Source: Sulfolobaceae archaeon (GTDB taxonomy: Archaea; Thermoproteota; Thermoprotei_A; Sulfolobales; Sulfolobaceae). From it: a stretch of DNA of 24,000 bases. The position numbers were made by a program, and so were the translations under genes. The DNA is taken from the NCBI GenBank assembly GCA_038893355.1, contig JAWARQ010000006.1:32054-56053 (forward strand), in the 5' to 3' direction. Each line of letters opens with the position of its first letter. The first letter of the stretch is position 1. Below the pieces are notes generated by a model. That model made no database searches. It was not told the origin of the DNA and saw only the letters and a program-made list of their open reading frames with translations. Shown here piece by piece: positions 15,244 through 24,000 of the stretch.

Positions 15244-15860
15244 TCGTTGAATTACTCTATAAAAAGAAGCTTGAGGAGTATTACTCTCATGAAAGGAAAG
15301 AGAATGTATTTTATGTTACGGATCTTACTAGATGTCCACTTAAAGTAAAATTTGAGCAAGAATATAGGGAACTAGCTCTCTCAGAAATCTTTACACCAGC
15401 AGGAATATTAGGTGATTTAGTACATAGAGGTATACAAAGCTCTCTTAATATCGAAGGTTATGAGGCTGAAGTAGAAGTAGAGAAAGAAAAAGGTCTAGAG
15501 ATTGAGGGCAAGAGTTATATTATAAAGGGTAGAGCGGATATCGTGCTAAAGAGTAAGACTAATAATGAGACTCTTATAATTGAAATTAAGACTGCTAGGA
15601 GGGATGATGGATTACCTCAAAAGCATCATATTTTACAATTAAGGTTATATCTTTGGTTATTTGAAGTTAATAAAGGAATTTTACTTTATGTAACACCAGA
15701 TAGGATAACTGAATATATAATTGAAGGTGCATTGGATACTGCGAGTGTAATGAGGTTAGTAGAGGAAAATATTAGACTGGCCCCTGCTCCAAGATATATC
15801 TGGGAGTGTTCCTATTGTATATTTGCAAAGCTATGCCCAAATAAAGCTAGCAATAGATAA
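15240..15860 (+). CDS. Stand-alone Cas4-family PD-(D/E)XK nuclease with a 4-Cys Fe-S cluster motif
   Basis: 206 aa. N-terminal Cys in VTDLTRCPLK. Motifs: GRADIV (D), IIEIKT (ExK), QLRLYLW (QxxxY). C-terminal CSYCIFAKLC (CxxCx5C). The TTG start overlaps the GT2 stop (TTGA), and GGAGG lies 9 nt upstream. Confidence 0.8.
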   Translation: MIVELLYKKKLEEYYSHERKENVFYVTDLTRCPLKVKFEQEYRELALSEIFTPAGILGDLVHRGIQSSLNIEGYEAEVEVEKEKGLEIEGKSYIIKGRADIVLKSKTNNETLIIEIKTARRDDGLPQKHHILQLRLYLWLFEVNKGILLYVTPDRITEYIIEGALDTASVMRLVEENIRLAPAPRYIWECSYCIFAKLCPNKASNR

Positions 15861-16403
15861 TATTATACTAAATAAAGAGTAAATAGATAATATTCTATCA
15901 TAATTTACACTACAAATAACTTTTATTGCATTTATTGAATATTTTTTATAAATTAATAACATTATAGATTTTGTCAATAATGATATGAAATATACTGTAA
16001 TTATCGAATAATTCCAAAATATTTCATAAAATATTAAGAGAAAATAATCCATAGATATTAATGGGTTTAGAGATGACCATTTTACTATATTTGTCAATTC
16101 TACCTTTAAGCTGCCACTATAGTGGAATAATCTTCCGAAAAAGTATTTTAATATTGAATGAATTGCAATTATTATACCCATGATCAAGGTCAATAACAAT
16201 TTTCCATCGTAGGAAATTAAAAACGTTGAAACTATTAGAGCTGGAATTATAGATATAGTGGTAAAATTTATTATATTAAAAACTGCTAAGACTGGACTTC
16301 TCGTTGAAATATAATATGAAAAAAGACTTCCTTTAGATGGATCAACCCCTAATAGTATTCCAAATATGATACTAAGGATAGCAGTAAGAGTCTGAACTAG
16401 CAT
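15831..16403 (-). CDS. Polytopic membrane protein of unknown function (about 5-6 TM helices)
   Basis: A 190-aa open frame is unlikely to arise by chance in stop-rich AT-rich DNA. The sequence is strongly hydrophobic and periodic. It overlaps the SBP56 3' end by 32 nt on the same strand. Confidence 0.55.
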   Translation of the reverse strand: MLVQTLTAILSIIFGILLGVDPSKGSLFSYYISTRSPVLAVFNIINFTTISIIPALIVSTFLISYDGKLLLTLIMGIIIAIHSILKYFFGRLFHYSGSLKVELTNIVKWSSLNPLISMDYFLLIFYEIFWNYSIITVYFISLLTKSIMLLIYKKYSINAIKVICSVNYDRILSIYSLFSIILSIASFIWA

Positions 16404-17766
16404 CTCCTCCCCTTAGTCTAACTTGATGTGCTCTAGCATCACCGAAATCAACAAAGAATTTCTTATCCACCTCAAGACCACCTTCTGGATTAGCATTTAC
16501 CTTGACTACCCATCCTTTGATGCCTTCTGGATAAAATTGATTATCCCATGAGCTATATAGAGAGTTAGTCACATAAATTCTCCTTCCATCCCTGCTAATT
16601 TCTATCATTTGCGGTGCTCCAGTAAGCTTGTGCCCAGCTGGATGATTTGCTCTATGTAATATTCCACCCAATTTTACAACACCAGTTAGCCTAGGCCTAA
16701 ACGGATCAGACACATTATATTGCCTCAATTCGCCTATGCCCCATAGACTTACGTATAAGAATTTATCATCTAGCGATAAATCAATGTCAGTAACTAATGG
16801 TGGCACCGCCTTGAAAGGCTTAAGTATCTCTGGGAGTTGACCTTCCGTAGGTTCTGCAGGGATTTCAATAACTTTTTCAGCTTGAAACTTTCCATCTTCA
16901 TAGAACCATAGCCAGATTGAACTACTTAAGTCCTTCAAACTCACTACCACATTAACAAATCCCATTAGTTTCGTCGGGTCATGTAGAGGTCTTAGCTCTA
17001 GGACCATTCTATTTTCACTACCAAGTTCAACTGAGGCTATTTTCTTTCTCTTTCTCATATCCCAAAAATGAATTTTATTACCATATCTATCCTTTAAGTG
17101 CTCTAATTTTAATCCGTTCTCTATTGTATTTGGGACAGCCCATTCACTCGTAACCATTATTTCATTTGGTAAATTCCACCAAAAGTCGTATGCATAGTAC
17201 TGATCACCTCTATCAATTTCCCACCTTCCTAAAGGTTCGAAGGAATAGTGATCTAGTATAAATATTCCGCCAGGCCCTTCGCCTTCCGAATTCCCTAAAG
17301 CACTAATATATATCCCGTCTGGTCCACAGTGTACCGTATGTAATCTTGTATAGCCACTACTTTCAATAACTTCCTTAGGTTCAATGACTTTCACCAGCCT
17401 AGGATTTGTTGGGTCTTGTTTTGTATCATATATATATACTCTTGATGATCTTAACCCTGGAACGATTAAATATCTCCTTTGTAAGTTTGGTTTTGCATTA
17501 GGACATAATGCAGAACTGCAACTATTCCAGCCAAAATGATGAAATTCATCACCTACATACAATGCTTCTACTTTATTTATTATTTTAGAATAATTAGGGG
17601 ATTCTGGATTTACATCTACCACTGCTATAAAGTCTGGTTTTTGAATACCAGTACCTACGTATAGTCCTACAACATAAATAATATCCTCTGGCGGTGCTTT
17701 CATAGCCATTTTTGGCGATGGATAAAATGTTGGGTCTCCTTTAAATATATCAGTAATTGACTTCAT
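16372..17766 (-). CDS. Selenium-binding protein 56 family (SBP56 / methanethiol oxidase-like beta-propeller)
   Basis: 464 aa. SBP56-type N-terminus GDPTFYPSPKMAMKAPPE. Also HHFGWNSCSS, HTVHCGPDG and the C-terminal HQVRLRGGDASSDSYCY. Confidence 0.9.
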   Translation of the reverse strand: MKSITDIFKGDPTFYPSPKMAMKAPPEDIIYVVGLYVGTGIQKPDFIAVVDVNPESPNYSKIINKVEALYVGDEFHHFGWNSCSSALCPNAKPNLQRRYLIVPGLRSSRVYIYDTKQDPTNPRLVKVIEPKEVIESSGYTRLHTVHCGPDGIYISALGNSEGEGPGGIFILDHYSFEPLGRWEIDRGDQYYAYDFWWNLPNEIMVTSEWAVPNTIENGLKLEHLKDRYGNKIHFWDMRKRKKIASVELGSENRMVLELRPLHDPTKLMGFVNVVVSLKDLSSSIWLWFYEDGKFQAEKVIEIPAEPTEGQLPEILKPFKAVPPLVTDIDLSLDDKFLYVSLWGIGELRQYNVSDPFRPRLTGVVKLGGILHRANHPAGHKLTGAPQMIEISRDGRRIYVTNSLYSSWDNQFYPEGIKGWVVKVNANPEGGLEVDKKFFVDFGDARAHQVRLRGGDASSDSYCYP

Positions 17767-17839
17767 TATAATATAATTAGCTATCTTAACTTTAAAACTA
17801 TATTACACTGCAAGATTTGCACTAACTTATAAAATAGAG

Positions 17840-17848
17840 TTATAAATT
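17840..17848 (+). promoter_or_regulatory. TATA-like box for thiDN
   Basis: ttataaatt lies 21-29 nt upstream of ATG 17869. No SD is visible, which fits a leaderless or short-leader mRNA. Confidence 0.4.
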
Positions 17849-17868
17849 AGCTTATTAGACCTTATATT

Positions 17869-19059
17869 ATGAGAAAGAGACCAGTAGTTCTTACAATAGC
17901 TGGTAGTGATTCGGGAGGTGGGGCGGGACTTCAAGCCGATTTAAAGACATTTACTGCATTAGGAGTATTTGGAACTGTTGTTGTTACTGGAATAACTGCT
18001 CAAAATACTACTGGCGTATATGCTGTACATGAGGTGCCGATAGAGATAATAGAAGCTCAGTTCGATGTAATTATGAACGATTTAAATCCAAAATTTGCTA
18101 AAACTGGTATGTTAGCTTCAAATAAAATAATAAATTTAGTAAAAAGAAAAGTTGAACAATACGAAATAAAGTTAGTACTCGACCCAGTTATGGTAGCAAA
18201 AACTGGTTCTCCACTCGTTACGGAGGATATTGTACCTTCTCTAATCGAGCTAGCGAGGAAATCTATAATAGTAACTCCTAATAGATTCGAGGCTGAGAAA
18301 CTTCTTGGAGAGAAAATTGATGATATAAAGAATGCTGCAAAAAAACTATACGAAAAACTTTCTACAAATGTTGTGGTAAAGGGTATAAGGGGAATAGATT
18401 ATGCTATTATTGATGGAGAATTATTAGAGCTCAAAATGAAAGAGGTTGAAACAAGAAATACTCATGGTAGCGGTGATGTATTTTCTGCATCTTTAACTGC
18501 TTACCTGGCTTTAGGTTATAACGTTAAGGATGCAGTTATTAATGCAAAAAAATTTGTAACTTTCGCGCTAGAAAACTCACTAGATTTAGGGAAAGGAATA
18601 GGGCCTGTCGATCCTTTTTCACCTGCAGAAAGTTTAATTCAAAAAGAAATAGCAAGAGAAACTCTTGAGAAATTTCTTTACGAATTTGAAAAAGACCCTA
18701 TATATAGAGATCTCATTCCGCATGATGAAATGGCTAACGTAGGTTACTTAACGGATTACAATGAGGTTGCAACATTAGCAGGTGGTATTGTAAGATATAT
18801 TGACTGGCTGAAAATTAATGGTCCAATAATATTTGGGATAAATAATTTAGTTACGAAAGTACTATTAAATACGAAAAAGAGAATAGGGATTTCATTACCG
18901 TTAAGTAAAAAGATTCTGGATGCAGCTGAAAAAGGTATAATAAAATTAACAGAAAGTGGGGCTCTTGGTGATGCAATAGTTACAGAAGGTAAGGCAATTA
19001 TAACTGCTAATGATTATAATGAACTTTTAGAAAAGTTGAGGAGAGTAGTAAGTAGTTGA
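17869..19059 (+). CDS. thiDN: Bifunctional hydroxymethylpyrimidine/phosphomethylpyrimidine kinase + ThiN-type thiamine-phosphate synthase (archaeal ThiDN fusion)
   Basis: 396 aa. N-terminal ThiD: VLTIAGSDSGGGAGLQADLKT, DPVMVAKTG, THGSGDVFSA. The roughly 130-aa C-terminal extension is consistent with a ThiN domain. Confidence 0.85.
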   Translation: MRKRPVVLTIAGSDSGGGAGLQADLKTFTALGVFGTVVVTGITAQNTTGVYAVHEVPIEIIEAQFDVIMNDLNPKFAKTGMLASNKIINLVKRKVEQYEIKLVLDPVMVAKTGSPLVTEDIVPSLIELARKSIIVTPNRFEAEKLLGEKIDDIKNAAKKLYEKLSTNVVVKGIRGIDYAIIDGELLELKMKEVETRNTHGSGDVFSASLTAYLALGYNVKDAVINAKKFVTFALENSLDLGKGIGPVDPFSPAESLIQKEIARETLEKFLYEFEKDPIYRDLIPHDEMANVGYLTDYNEVATLAGGIVRYIDWLKINGPIIFGINNLVTKVLLNTKKRIGISLPLSKKILDAAEKGIIKLTESGALGDAIVTEGKAIITANDYNELLEKLRRVVSS

Positions 19060-19940
19060 TTACGGTAGTTGGTAGCTATAACGTTGATTTTATAATTAAA
19101 GTAAGAAGATTCCCAGAAGTAGATGAGACAATATTTGCAGAAGAAGTTATCATATCGCATGGAGGTAAGGGTTCTAATCAGGCAGTTTCTGCGCAGAGAC
19201 TAGAATCAAGGACAAGACTAATCGCTGCAGTAGGTGAAGATAGTTTTGGATATGATGCTTTAAAGTTTTGGAAAAATGAAGGCATTGATACGAAATACGT
19301 TAAGGTTAAGAGGGGTATAAAGACTGGAAATGCCTACATAATACTAAACCGGCAAGGAAAAAGTATGATAATTGTTGATCGAGGTGCAAATTCTGCATTG
19401 GAAATTGAGGATGTTAAAGATGGTCTAGATGGAAAAATTCTCTTAACTCAACTAGAAGTAAATGAGGATGTAGTAGCATATTCTTTAAAAAACTTTGATG
19501 GGTTAAGAATATTGAATCCAGCACCTGCAGTTCTCAGTAACACAGAAATCCTAAGAGACGTTGATATAATAACTCCTAACGAAGTAGAACTATCTGCTCT
19601 TGCTGGAACTAACAACATAATTGATGGGGCAGAAAGATTATTAAGAAGAGTAAGAGGAGCCGTAATAGTAACATTAGGCGAGAAGGGATGTCTTGTAGTA
19701 GATAGGTCAGGGAAAAAGGAATTAATAAGTGCACCCAAGGTTAACGTCGTTGATGAAACAGGAGCAGGGGATGTATTTAATGGTGCTTTAGCTTCTGCAT
19801 TATTAAAGGGGTATGATATAATAACTTCAGCAAGAATTGCTACGTATATTGCATCATACTCGGTAACAAAGATAGGGGCTTTAGGTCCCACGTTGAAAGA
19901 AGTTAAAGCTTTCCTGGAAAATTTAGGAGAAAGCTTCTAA
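19056..19940 (+). CDS. PfkB-family carbohydrate/nucleoside kinase (ribokinase-like)
   Basis: 294 aa. Motifs: [28 protein letters not shown]. The TTG start overlaps the thiDN stop (TTGA). Confidence 0.8.
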   Translation: MITVVGSYNVDFIIKVRRFPEVDETIFAEEVIISHGGKGSNQAVSAQRLESRTRLIAAVGEDSFGYDALKFWKNEGIDTKYVKVKRGIKTGNAYIILNRQGKSMIIVDRGANSALEIEDVKDGLDGKILLTQLEVNEDVVAYSLKNFDGLRILNPAPAVLSNTEILRDVDIITPNEVELSALAGTNNIIDGAERLLRRVRGAVIVTLGEKGCLVVDRSGKKELISAPKVNVVDETGAGDVFNGALASALLKGYDIITSARIATYIASYSVTKIGALGPTLKEVKAFLENLGESF

Positions 19941-21275
19941 ATTAATGATACGCTTAGCATATTCTAAACTCCTCTGTATTAGCTCCCTATAAGAGCCGAG
20001 ATATTTAGTAGGATCAAGATATTCTCTGATCTCTTCCTCTTTTAAATATTCTCTAACCCTTTTATCATTTATTGCAACCTCAAGTAAGGATTTATCGTTT
20101 TGAATAACATTTCGTGATAATTCTCTAACTAATTCATGAGCTTTATGTCTAGGCATACCCTTCTGGGTTAGTGCAATCATTAAACTTTCTGCAACTATTA
20201 ATCCTTTAGTGACTTCTAAATTCTTTTTCATCCTCTCTTCATTTACTCTCAATCCATTTAGTAGTAAAATAGTACTATCTAGCATTTCATCAATTATTAA
20301 GAATGCATGTGGAATTACTATCCTTTCTGAAGAGCTATTTGTTAAATCCCTTTCATGCCACAATGGTATATTCTCTAAAGAGGTTATTACAAGACCTCTA
20401 ATAACTTTAGCCAATCCACTTATCTTTTCAGCTGTTACTGGATTCTCCTTCTGTGGCATTGTACTACTTCCTACTCTTCCTTCAACACCTTCAGCTAGTT
20501 CTCCAATTTCTGGCCTCATTAATTCTCTAACCTCTAAGCTTAGTCTGTCTAACTGTGATGCTAAAATCGCAAGGGTACATATTAACTCTGCAAAAGAATC
20601 TCTAGGCGCAACCTGAGTTGAAATTGGATGTGGTTCTAAGCCTAATATCTCACTCATAACTTTTTCTACTTCAAGACCTTTTCCCCTATAAGCAGCCATA
20701 GTACCTACTGCTCCTGAGAACTTTAGCCTAATTAGCCTCTTTTCTAGATCTAGTATTCTTTCATAACTTCGAGTTAATTCGTATACATAATTTGCAAATT
20801 TAAATCCTAAAGTTATTGGTAATGCATGTTGACCATGAGTTCTTCCTGGCATAATACTATTTTCATATTTTTCTGAAAGTAGTATTAAAATAGAAATTAT
20901 TTTTATTAATTTACTTTTTATTATATTTAGGGCATCTTTAAATAATAATGCATAGCTAGTATCAACTATGTCATAACTTGTAGCCCCGAAATGGACAAAA
21001 TTTCCTACCTCACCCCCTAACTTTTCTGCTATTAAGATTGCTAAAGCCATTACGTCATGGCCTATTTTCTTTTCTAGTTCTTCGACTTCATTAGCAGTTA
21101 TTTTAATTTCATCTAACTTTTTTTCATCTAATTGCTTAATGTAACCTAATTTGTGAAGGGATAATAATAATGCTTTTTCAACTTTGATAAAAGTATTTAT
21201 TATATTTTGTCTATTAAATACCTTTCTCATCTCTTTACTTCCATATCTCCACTCTAGTGGACAGACTTCTGACAT
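19923..21275 (-). CDS. purB: Adenylosuccinate lyase
   Basis: 450 aa. N-terminus [15 protein letters not shown]. Fumarate-lyase signature [11 protein letters not shown]. Purine-gene neighbourhood. Confidence 0.9.
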   Translation of the reverse strand: MSEVCPLEWRYGSKEMRKVFNRQNIINTFIKVEKALLLSLHKLGYIKQLDEKKLDEIKITANEVEELEKKIGHDVMALAILIAEKLGGEVGNFVHFGATSYDIVDTSYALLFKDALNIIKSKLIKIISILILLSEKYENSIMPGRTHGQHALPITLGFKFANYVYELTRSYERILDLEKRLIRLKFSGAVGTMAAYRGKGLEVEKVMSEILGLEPHPISTQVAPRDSFAELICTLAILASQLDRLSLEVRELMRPEIGELAEGVEGRVGSSTMPQKENPVTAEKISGLAKVIRGLVITSLENIPLWHERDLTNSSSERIVIPHAFLIIDEMLDSTILLLNGLRVNEERMKKNLEVTKGLIVAESLMIALTQKGMPRHKAHELVRELSRNVIQNDKSLLEVAINDKRVREYLKEEEIREYLDPTKYLGSYRELIQRSLEYAKRIINLEAFS

Positions 21276-21327
21276 TTGATAAGAATACTTTTTATGATCT
21301 TAATAGTTTATTTTTTCTTGAGCTGAA

Positions 21328-22329
21328 ATGATAGTATCTACGATAGGAAGTCACTCATCTCTACAAATTTTGCATGGTGCTAAGAAAGAGGGATTTGAAA
21401 CTGCAGTAATTACTGAATCTAAAAGATTAAATTTTTATAAGCAATTTTGGTTTATAGACAAAATTTTAACTTTTGAAAGCTTAGATCAAGCAGTTTCGAA
21501 TATTAATCTATTACATGATTCGGTCTTTATCCCACACGGTAGTTTAGTCGAGTACCTAGGAATGGATAGAGTAAGGAAGATTAATGTAAGAATATTTGGT
21601 AATAAGAACATCTTCGAGTGGGAGTCAAATCAGTATAAGAAGATGGAGTTATTAAAAAGGTCAGGGATAAAAATTCCTACTCATTTTGAGTCTGTAGAAG
21701 ATGTAGATAGAATGGTTATAGTAAAATTACATGGCGCAAAGGGTGGAAGGGGTTATTTCGTTGCAAGGAATAAAGCAGAACTAAAAAATGGTTTAAAAGA
21801 ATTAATTGAAAAGAAATTAATTAATGATATAAATGATGTTATAATTCAAGAGTACATAATAGGAGTTCCAATGTATTTTCAGTTCTTTTACAGCCCACTA
21901 CTTAATAGAAATGAGATAATGGGAATAGATATCAGATATGAAACTAATATTGATGGATTAAGAAGGATCCCTTTTAATAGTATTAGTGTAAAGCCAACAT
22001 TTGTTGTAGTCGGAAATATTCCTGCAGTTGCAAGGGAAAGTTTGTTACCCAAAGTTTATGAGTACGCAGAAAATTTTGTGAAAACAACTAAAGAGCTTGT
22101 GCCTCCAGGGATGATTGGACCTTACTGTTTAGAGTCTATAGTTACTGACGAGCAGGAAATAGTAGTTTTTGAATTTTCTGGTAGAATCGTAGCAGGGACT
22201 AACTTATATACAAACGGAAGCCCATATAGCTGGTTCTACTGGGACGAACCAATGAGTATGGGTAAAAGAATTGCAAGAGAAGTTAAATTAGCAATAAGTA
22301 AAAATAGACTTAATGAGGTAACTACATAA
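21328..22329 (+). CDS. purP: 5-formaminoimidazole-4-carboxamide ribonucleotide (FAICAR) synthetase, ATP-grasp PurP
   Basis: 333 aa. Archaeal PurP layout: [16 protein letters not shown] at the N-terminus, the Gly-rich loop [10 protein letters not shown], and IQEYIIG. Confidence 0.85.
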   Translation: MIVSTIGSHSSLQILHGAKKEGFETAVITESKRLNFYKQFWFIDKILTFESLDQAVSNINLLHDSVFIPHGSLVEYLGMDRVRKINVRIFGNKNIFEWESNQYKKMELLKRSGIKIPTHFESVEDVDRMVIVKLHGAKGGRGYFVARNKAELKNGLKELIEKKLINDINDVIIQEYIIGVPMYFQFFYSPLLNRNEIMGIDIRYETNIDGLRRIPFNSISVKPTFVVVGNIPAVARESLLPKVYEYAENFVKTTKELVPPGMIGPYCLESIVTDEQEIVVFEFSGRIVAGTNLYTNGSPYSWFYWDEPMSMGKRIAREVKLAISKNRLNEVTT

Positions 22330-23375
22330 TGAATAAGATTGCATGTTTGGCTAGTCATTCAGCACTAGACGTTTTCGATGGTGCAAAGGACGAAGGATTT
22401 AGAACAATAGCATTAGCTAAAAAAGGGAGAGAAAGACCTTATCTGGAATTTAAAAGAATAGTAGATGATATAATAATTTTGAATGATTTTAAAGAGATAG
22501 CATCTGAAGAAGTTCAAGAGAAGTTAGTTAAAGAAAATGCAATATTAGTCCCTAATAGAAGTTTGGCAGTATATCTAGGTTATGATAATATAGAGAGAAT
22601 GAGAGTAAAATTCTTCGGGAACAAATTTATGTTAAGATGGGAAGAGAGAATTGGTGAAAAGAATTATTATAAATTACTTGATGAAGCTAAGATTAATAGG
22701 CCAAGGAATTATAAGATTAACGAAGTTGATGGTCCAGTTATAGTAAAAATGCCAGAGGCTAAGAGAAGAATAGAGAGAGGTTTCTTTTTTGCTATAAATA
22801 GGGAAGATTTAGAATCTAAAATTTCTAGGCTAATAAAGCAAGGTATAATAGATGAGGAATCATTAAAGAGTATGATCATAGAAGAATTCATTTTTGGTGC
22901 ACATTTTAACGTCAATTACTTTAATAGTATAGTAGAGAATAGAGTAGAGATAATAAGCATAGATAGAAGAATTCAAAGTGATTGGGATTCTCTATATAGA
23001 TTGCCTGCAGAAATCCAAATAAAGCTAAATAGGACTCCAAGATTAATAGAAGTTGGTCATGAACCGGCGACGATCAGGGAAAGTTTGCTCGAAAAATTGT
23101 TTGAAATCGGTTATTCTTTCGTAGAGGCAACTAGAAAACTAGAACCACCTGGCATAATTGGACCTTTTACACTACAACTAATGGTAACACCAGATCTTGA
23201 TGTAGTAGTTTATGATGTAGCACCTAGGATAGGGGGAGGTACAAACGCCCATATGGGAATCGGTGGTAATTACTCTAAGCTTTACTTCGGTTACCCAGTG
23301 AGTATGGGAAGAAGGATTGCAATTGAAATAAAAAGAGCAATAAATAATGGAATGTTAGATAAAATCCTAACTTAA
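22329..23375 (+). CDS. purP: PurP-family paralogue (FAICAR synthetase-like ATP-grasp protein)
   Basis: 348 aa, colinear with the upstream PurP ([29 protein letters not shown]). The Gly-rich loop is replaced by [13 protein letters not shown]. The ATG shares 1 nt with the upstream stop (TAATG). Confidence 0.75.
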   Translation: MNKIACLASHSALDVFDGAKDEGFRTIALAKKGRERPYLEFKRIVDDIIILNDFKEIASEEVQEKLVKENAILVPNRSLAVYLGYDNIERMRVKFFGNKFMLRWEERIGEKNYYKLLDEAKINRPRNYKINEVDGPVIVKMPEAKRRIERGFFFAINREDLESKISRLIKQGIIDEESLKSMIIEEFIFGAHFNVNYFNSIVENRVEIISIDRRIQSDWDSLYRLPAEIQIKLNRTPRLIEVGHEPATIRESLLEKLFEIGYSFVEATRKLEPPGIIGPFTLQLMVTPDLDVVVYDVAPRIGGGTNAHMGIGGNYSKLYFGYPVSMGRRIAIEIKRAINNGMLDKILT

Positions 23376-23494
23376 ATCTATAATTAACATATGCCACGTA
23401 CTAGAAATAGGTAATATTCTTGTTCTAAGGATATCTGTAATTATAAAACCATTATCGAATTCTTTTTATACTCATAAACGATAAATACCAAAAC

Positions 23495-23498
23495 GGTG
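23495..23498 (+). promoter_or_regulatory. Shine-Dalgarno-like GGTG for purA
   Basis: ggtg sits 4 nt upstream of ATG 23503. GGUG-type SDs are the usual Sulfolobales form. Confidence 0.3.
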
Positions 23499-23502
23499 CT
23501 TA

Positions 23503-24000
23503 ATGCTAGATATTGTAGTAGGCGGATTTTATGGTGATGAAGGAAAGGGAAAAATTGTATCTTACCTCGCACTAAATGATAACCCTAAGTTGGCTGTAAG
23601 AACTGGAGGTATTAACGCAGGACATACTGTAGTCTATCAAGGAAAAACTTGGAAAATAAGAATAGTACCATCTGCATTCATTAATAAGTCCACAAAATTA
23701 GCAATAGCACCTGGTGCTGTTACTTCATTAGAAGTTTTAATTTCAGAAATTACTCAGACAGAATCACAAGATAGGATAATAGTAGATTATAGGACTGCAA
23801 TAATAACTCAAAGTGAAATAGAAGAGGAGAGAAAAGATGAGTATTTAATGAAAGTTATAGGAAGTACTGGCCAAGGAGTAGGTTATGCAGAGGCTAAAAG
23901 GATATTGAGAAAGTTAAAACTAGCTAAAGATTACGACGAATTAAAGAAGTTTTTAGATAATGTACCATTATTAACTTTAGAAGAGATTGAGAGAGGTAAT
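23503..24000 (+). CDS. purA: Adenylosuccinate synthetase, 5' part (runs off the window end)
   Basis: Not in the track because it is open-ended. Hand translation from ATG 23503: [48 protein letters not shown]...[12 protein letters not shown]. The GDEGKGK and GxNAGHT motifs are diagnostic for PurA. Confidence 0.85.
   Translation, partial: MLDIVVGGFYGDEGKGKIVSYLALNDNPKLAVRTGGINAGHTVVYQGKTWKIRIVPSAFINKSTKLAIAPGAVTSLEVLISEITQTESQDRIIVDYRTAIITQSEIEEERKDEYLMKVIGSTGQGVGYAEAKRILRKLKLAKDYDELKKFLDNVPLLTLEEIERGN

Noticed and set aside
14077-16403. A CRISPR-Cas locus around the Cas4-like gene
   Set aside because: I scanned the flanks by eye. There is no repeat-spacer array and no cas1, cas2 or effector-like ORFs. 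The neighbours are a GT2 synthase and a membrane protein.
19448-19891. 147-aa minus-strand ORF
   Set aside because: It is antisense to the PfkB kinase. The composition is Ser/Thr/Pro/Leu-rich and low-complexity. It is a shadow ORF.
20209-20616. 135-aa plus-strand ORF
   Set aside because: It is antisense to purB, including the region of its [11 protein letters not shown] signature. It is a shadow ORF.
22709-22915. 68-aa minus-strand ORF
   Set aside because: It is antisense to the second purP paralogue. It is a shadow ORF.

Overview
This is an AT-rich (roughly two-thirds A+T by eye), very gene-dense stretch of archaeal chromosome. I infer a Sulfolobales-like crenarchaeon from three things: archaea-specific genes (a ThiD-ThiN fusion, tandem PurP, short PurA), TATA-like boxes about 25-35 nt upstream of ATGs (leaderless-style), and GGTG/GGAGG Shine-Dalgarno sites only at operon-internal genes. 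The taxon was not verified.

Gene content is mostly housekeeping and metabolism:
- late cobalamin steps (cobQ, cobS, cbiB)
- a Zn-ADH, a PUA protein and a Dpm1-like GT2
- an OCD/mu-crystallin + aminotransferase pair, an M24 prolidase and an HDAC-family deacetylase
- a nitrilase, SBP56, ThiDN + a PfkB kinase
- a purine block (purB, purP, purP', purA)

I found no rRNA, tRNA or CRISPR array.

The items most worth a second look are:
1. A miniature 285-aa TnpB-like RuvC/zinc-ribbon nuclease with an apparently intact D-E-D triad. It is the last gene of a host-like operon (RNase Z/PhnP-like MBL hydrolase, then Ntn class-II amidotransferase, then mini-TnpB). No TnpA is present in the window and there is no room for IS ends.
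2. A solo Cas4-family 4Fe-4S PD-(D/E)XK nuclease translationally coupled (TTGA overlap plus GGAGG) to a processive QxxRW GT2 membrane synthase.
3. A 115-nt imperfect inverted repeat plus clustered CTAATT/AATTAG palindromes in the only large (409 bp) intergenic region.

All functional calls come from motif recognition by eye. No database search was run.
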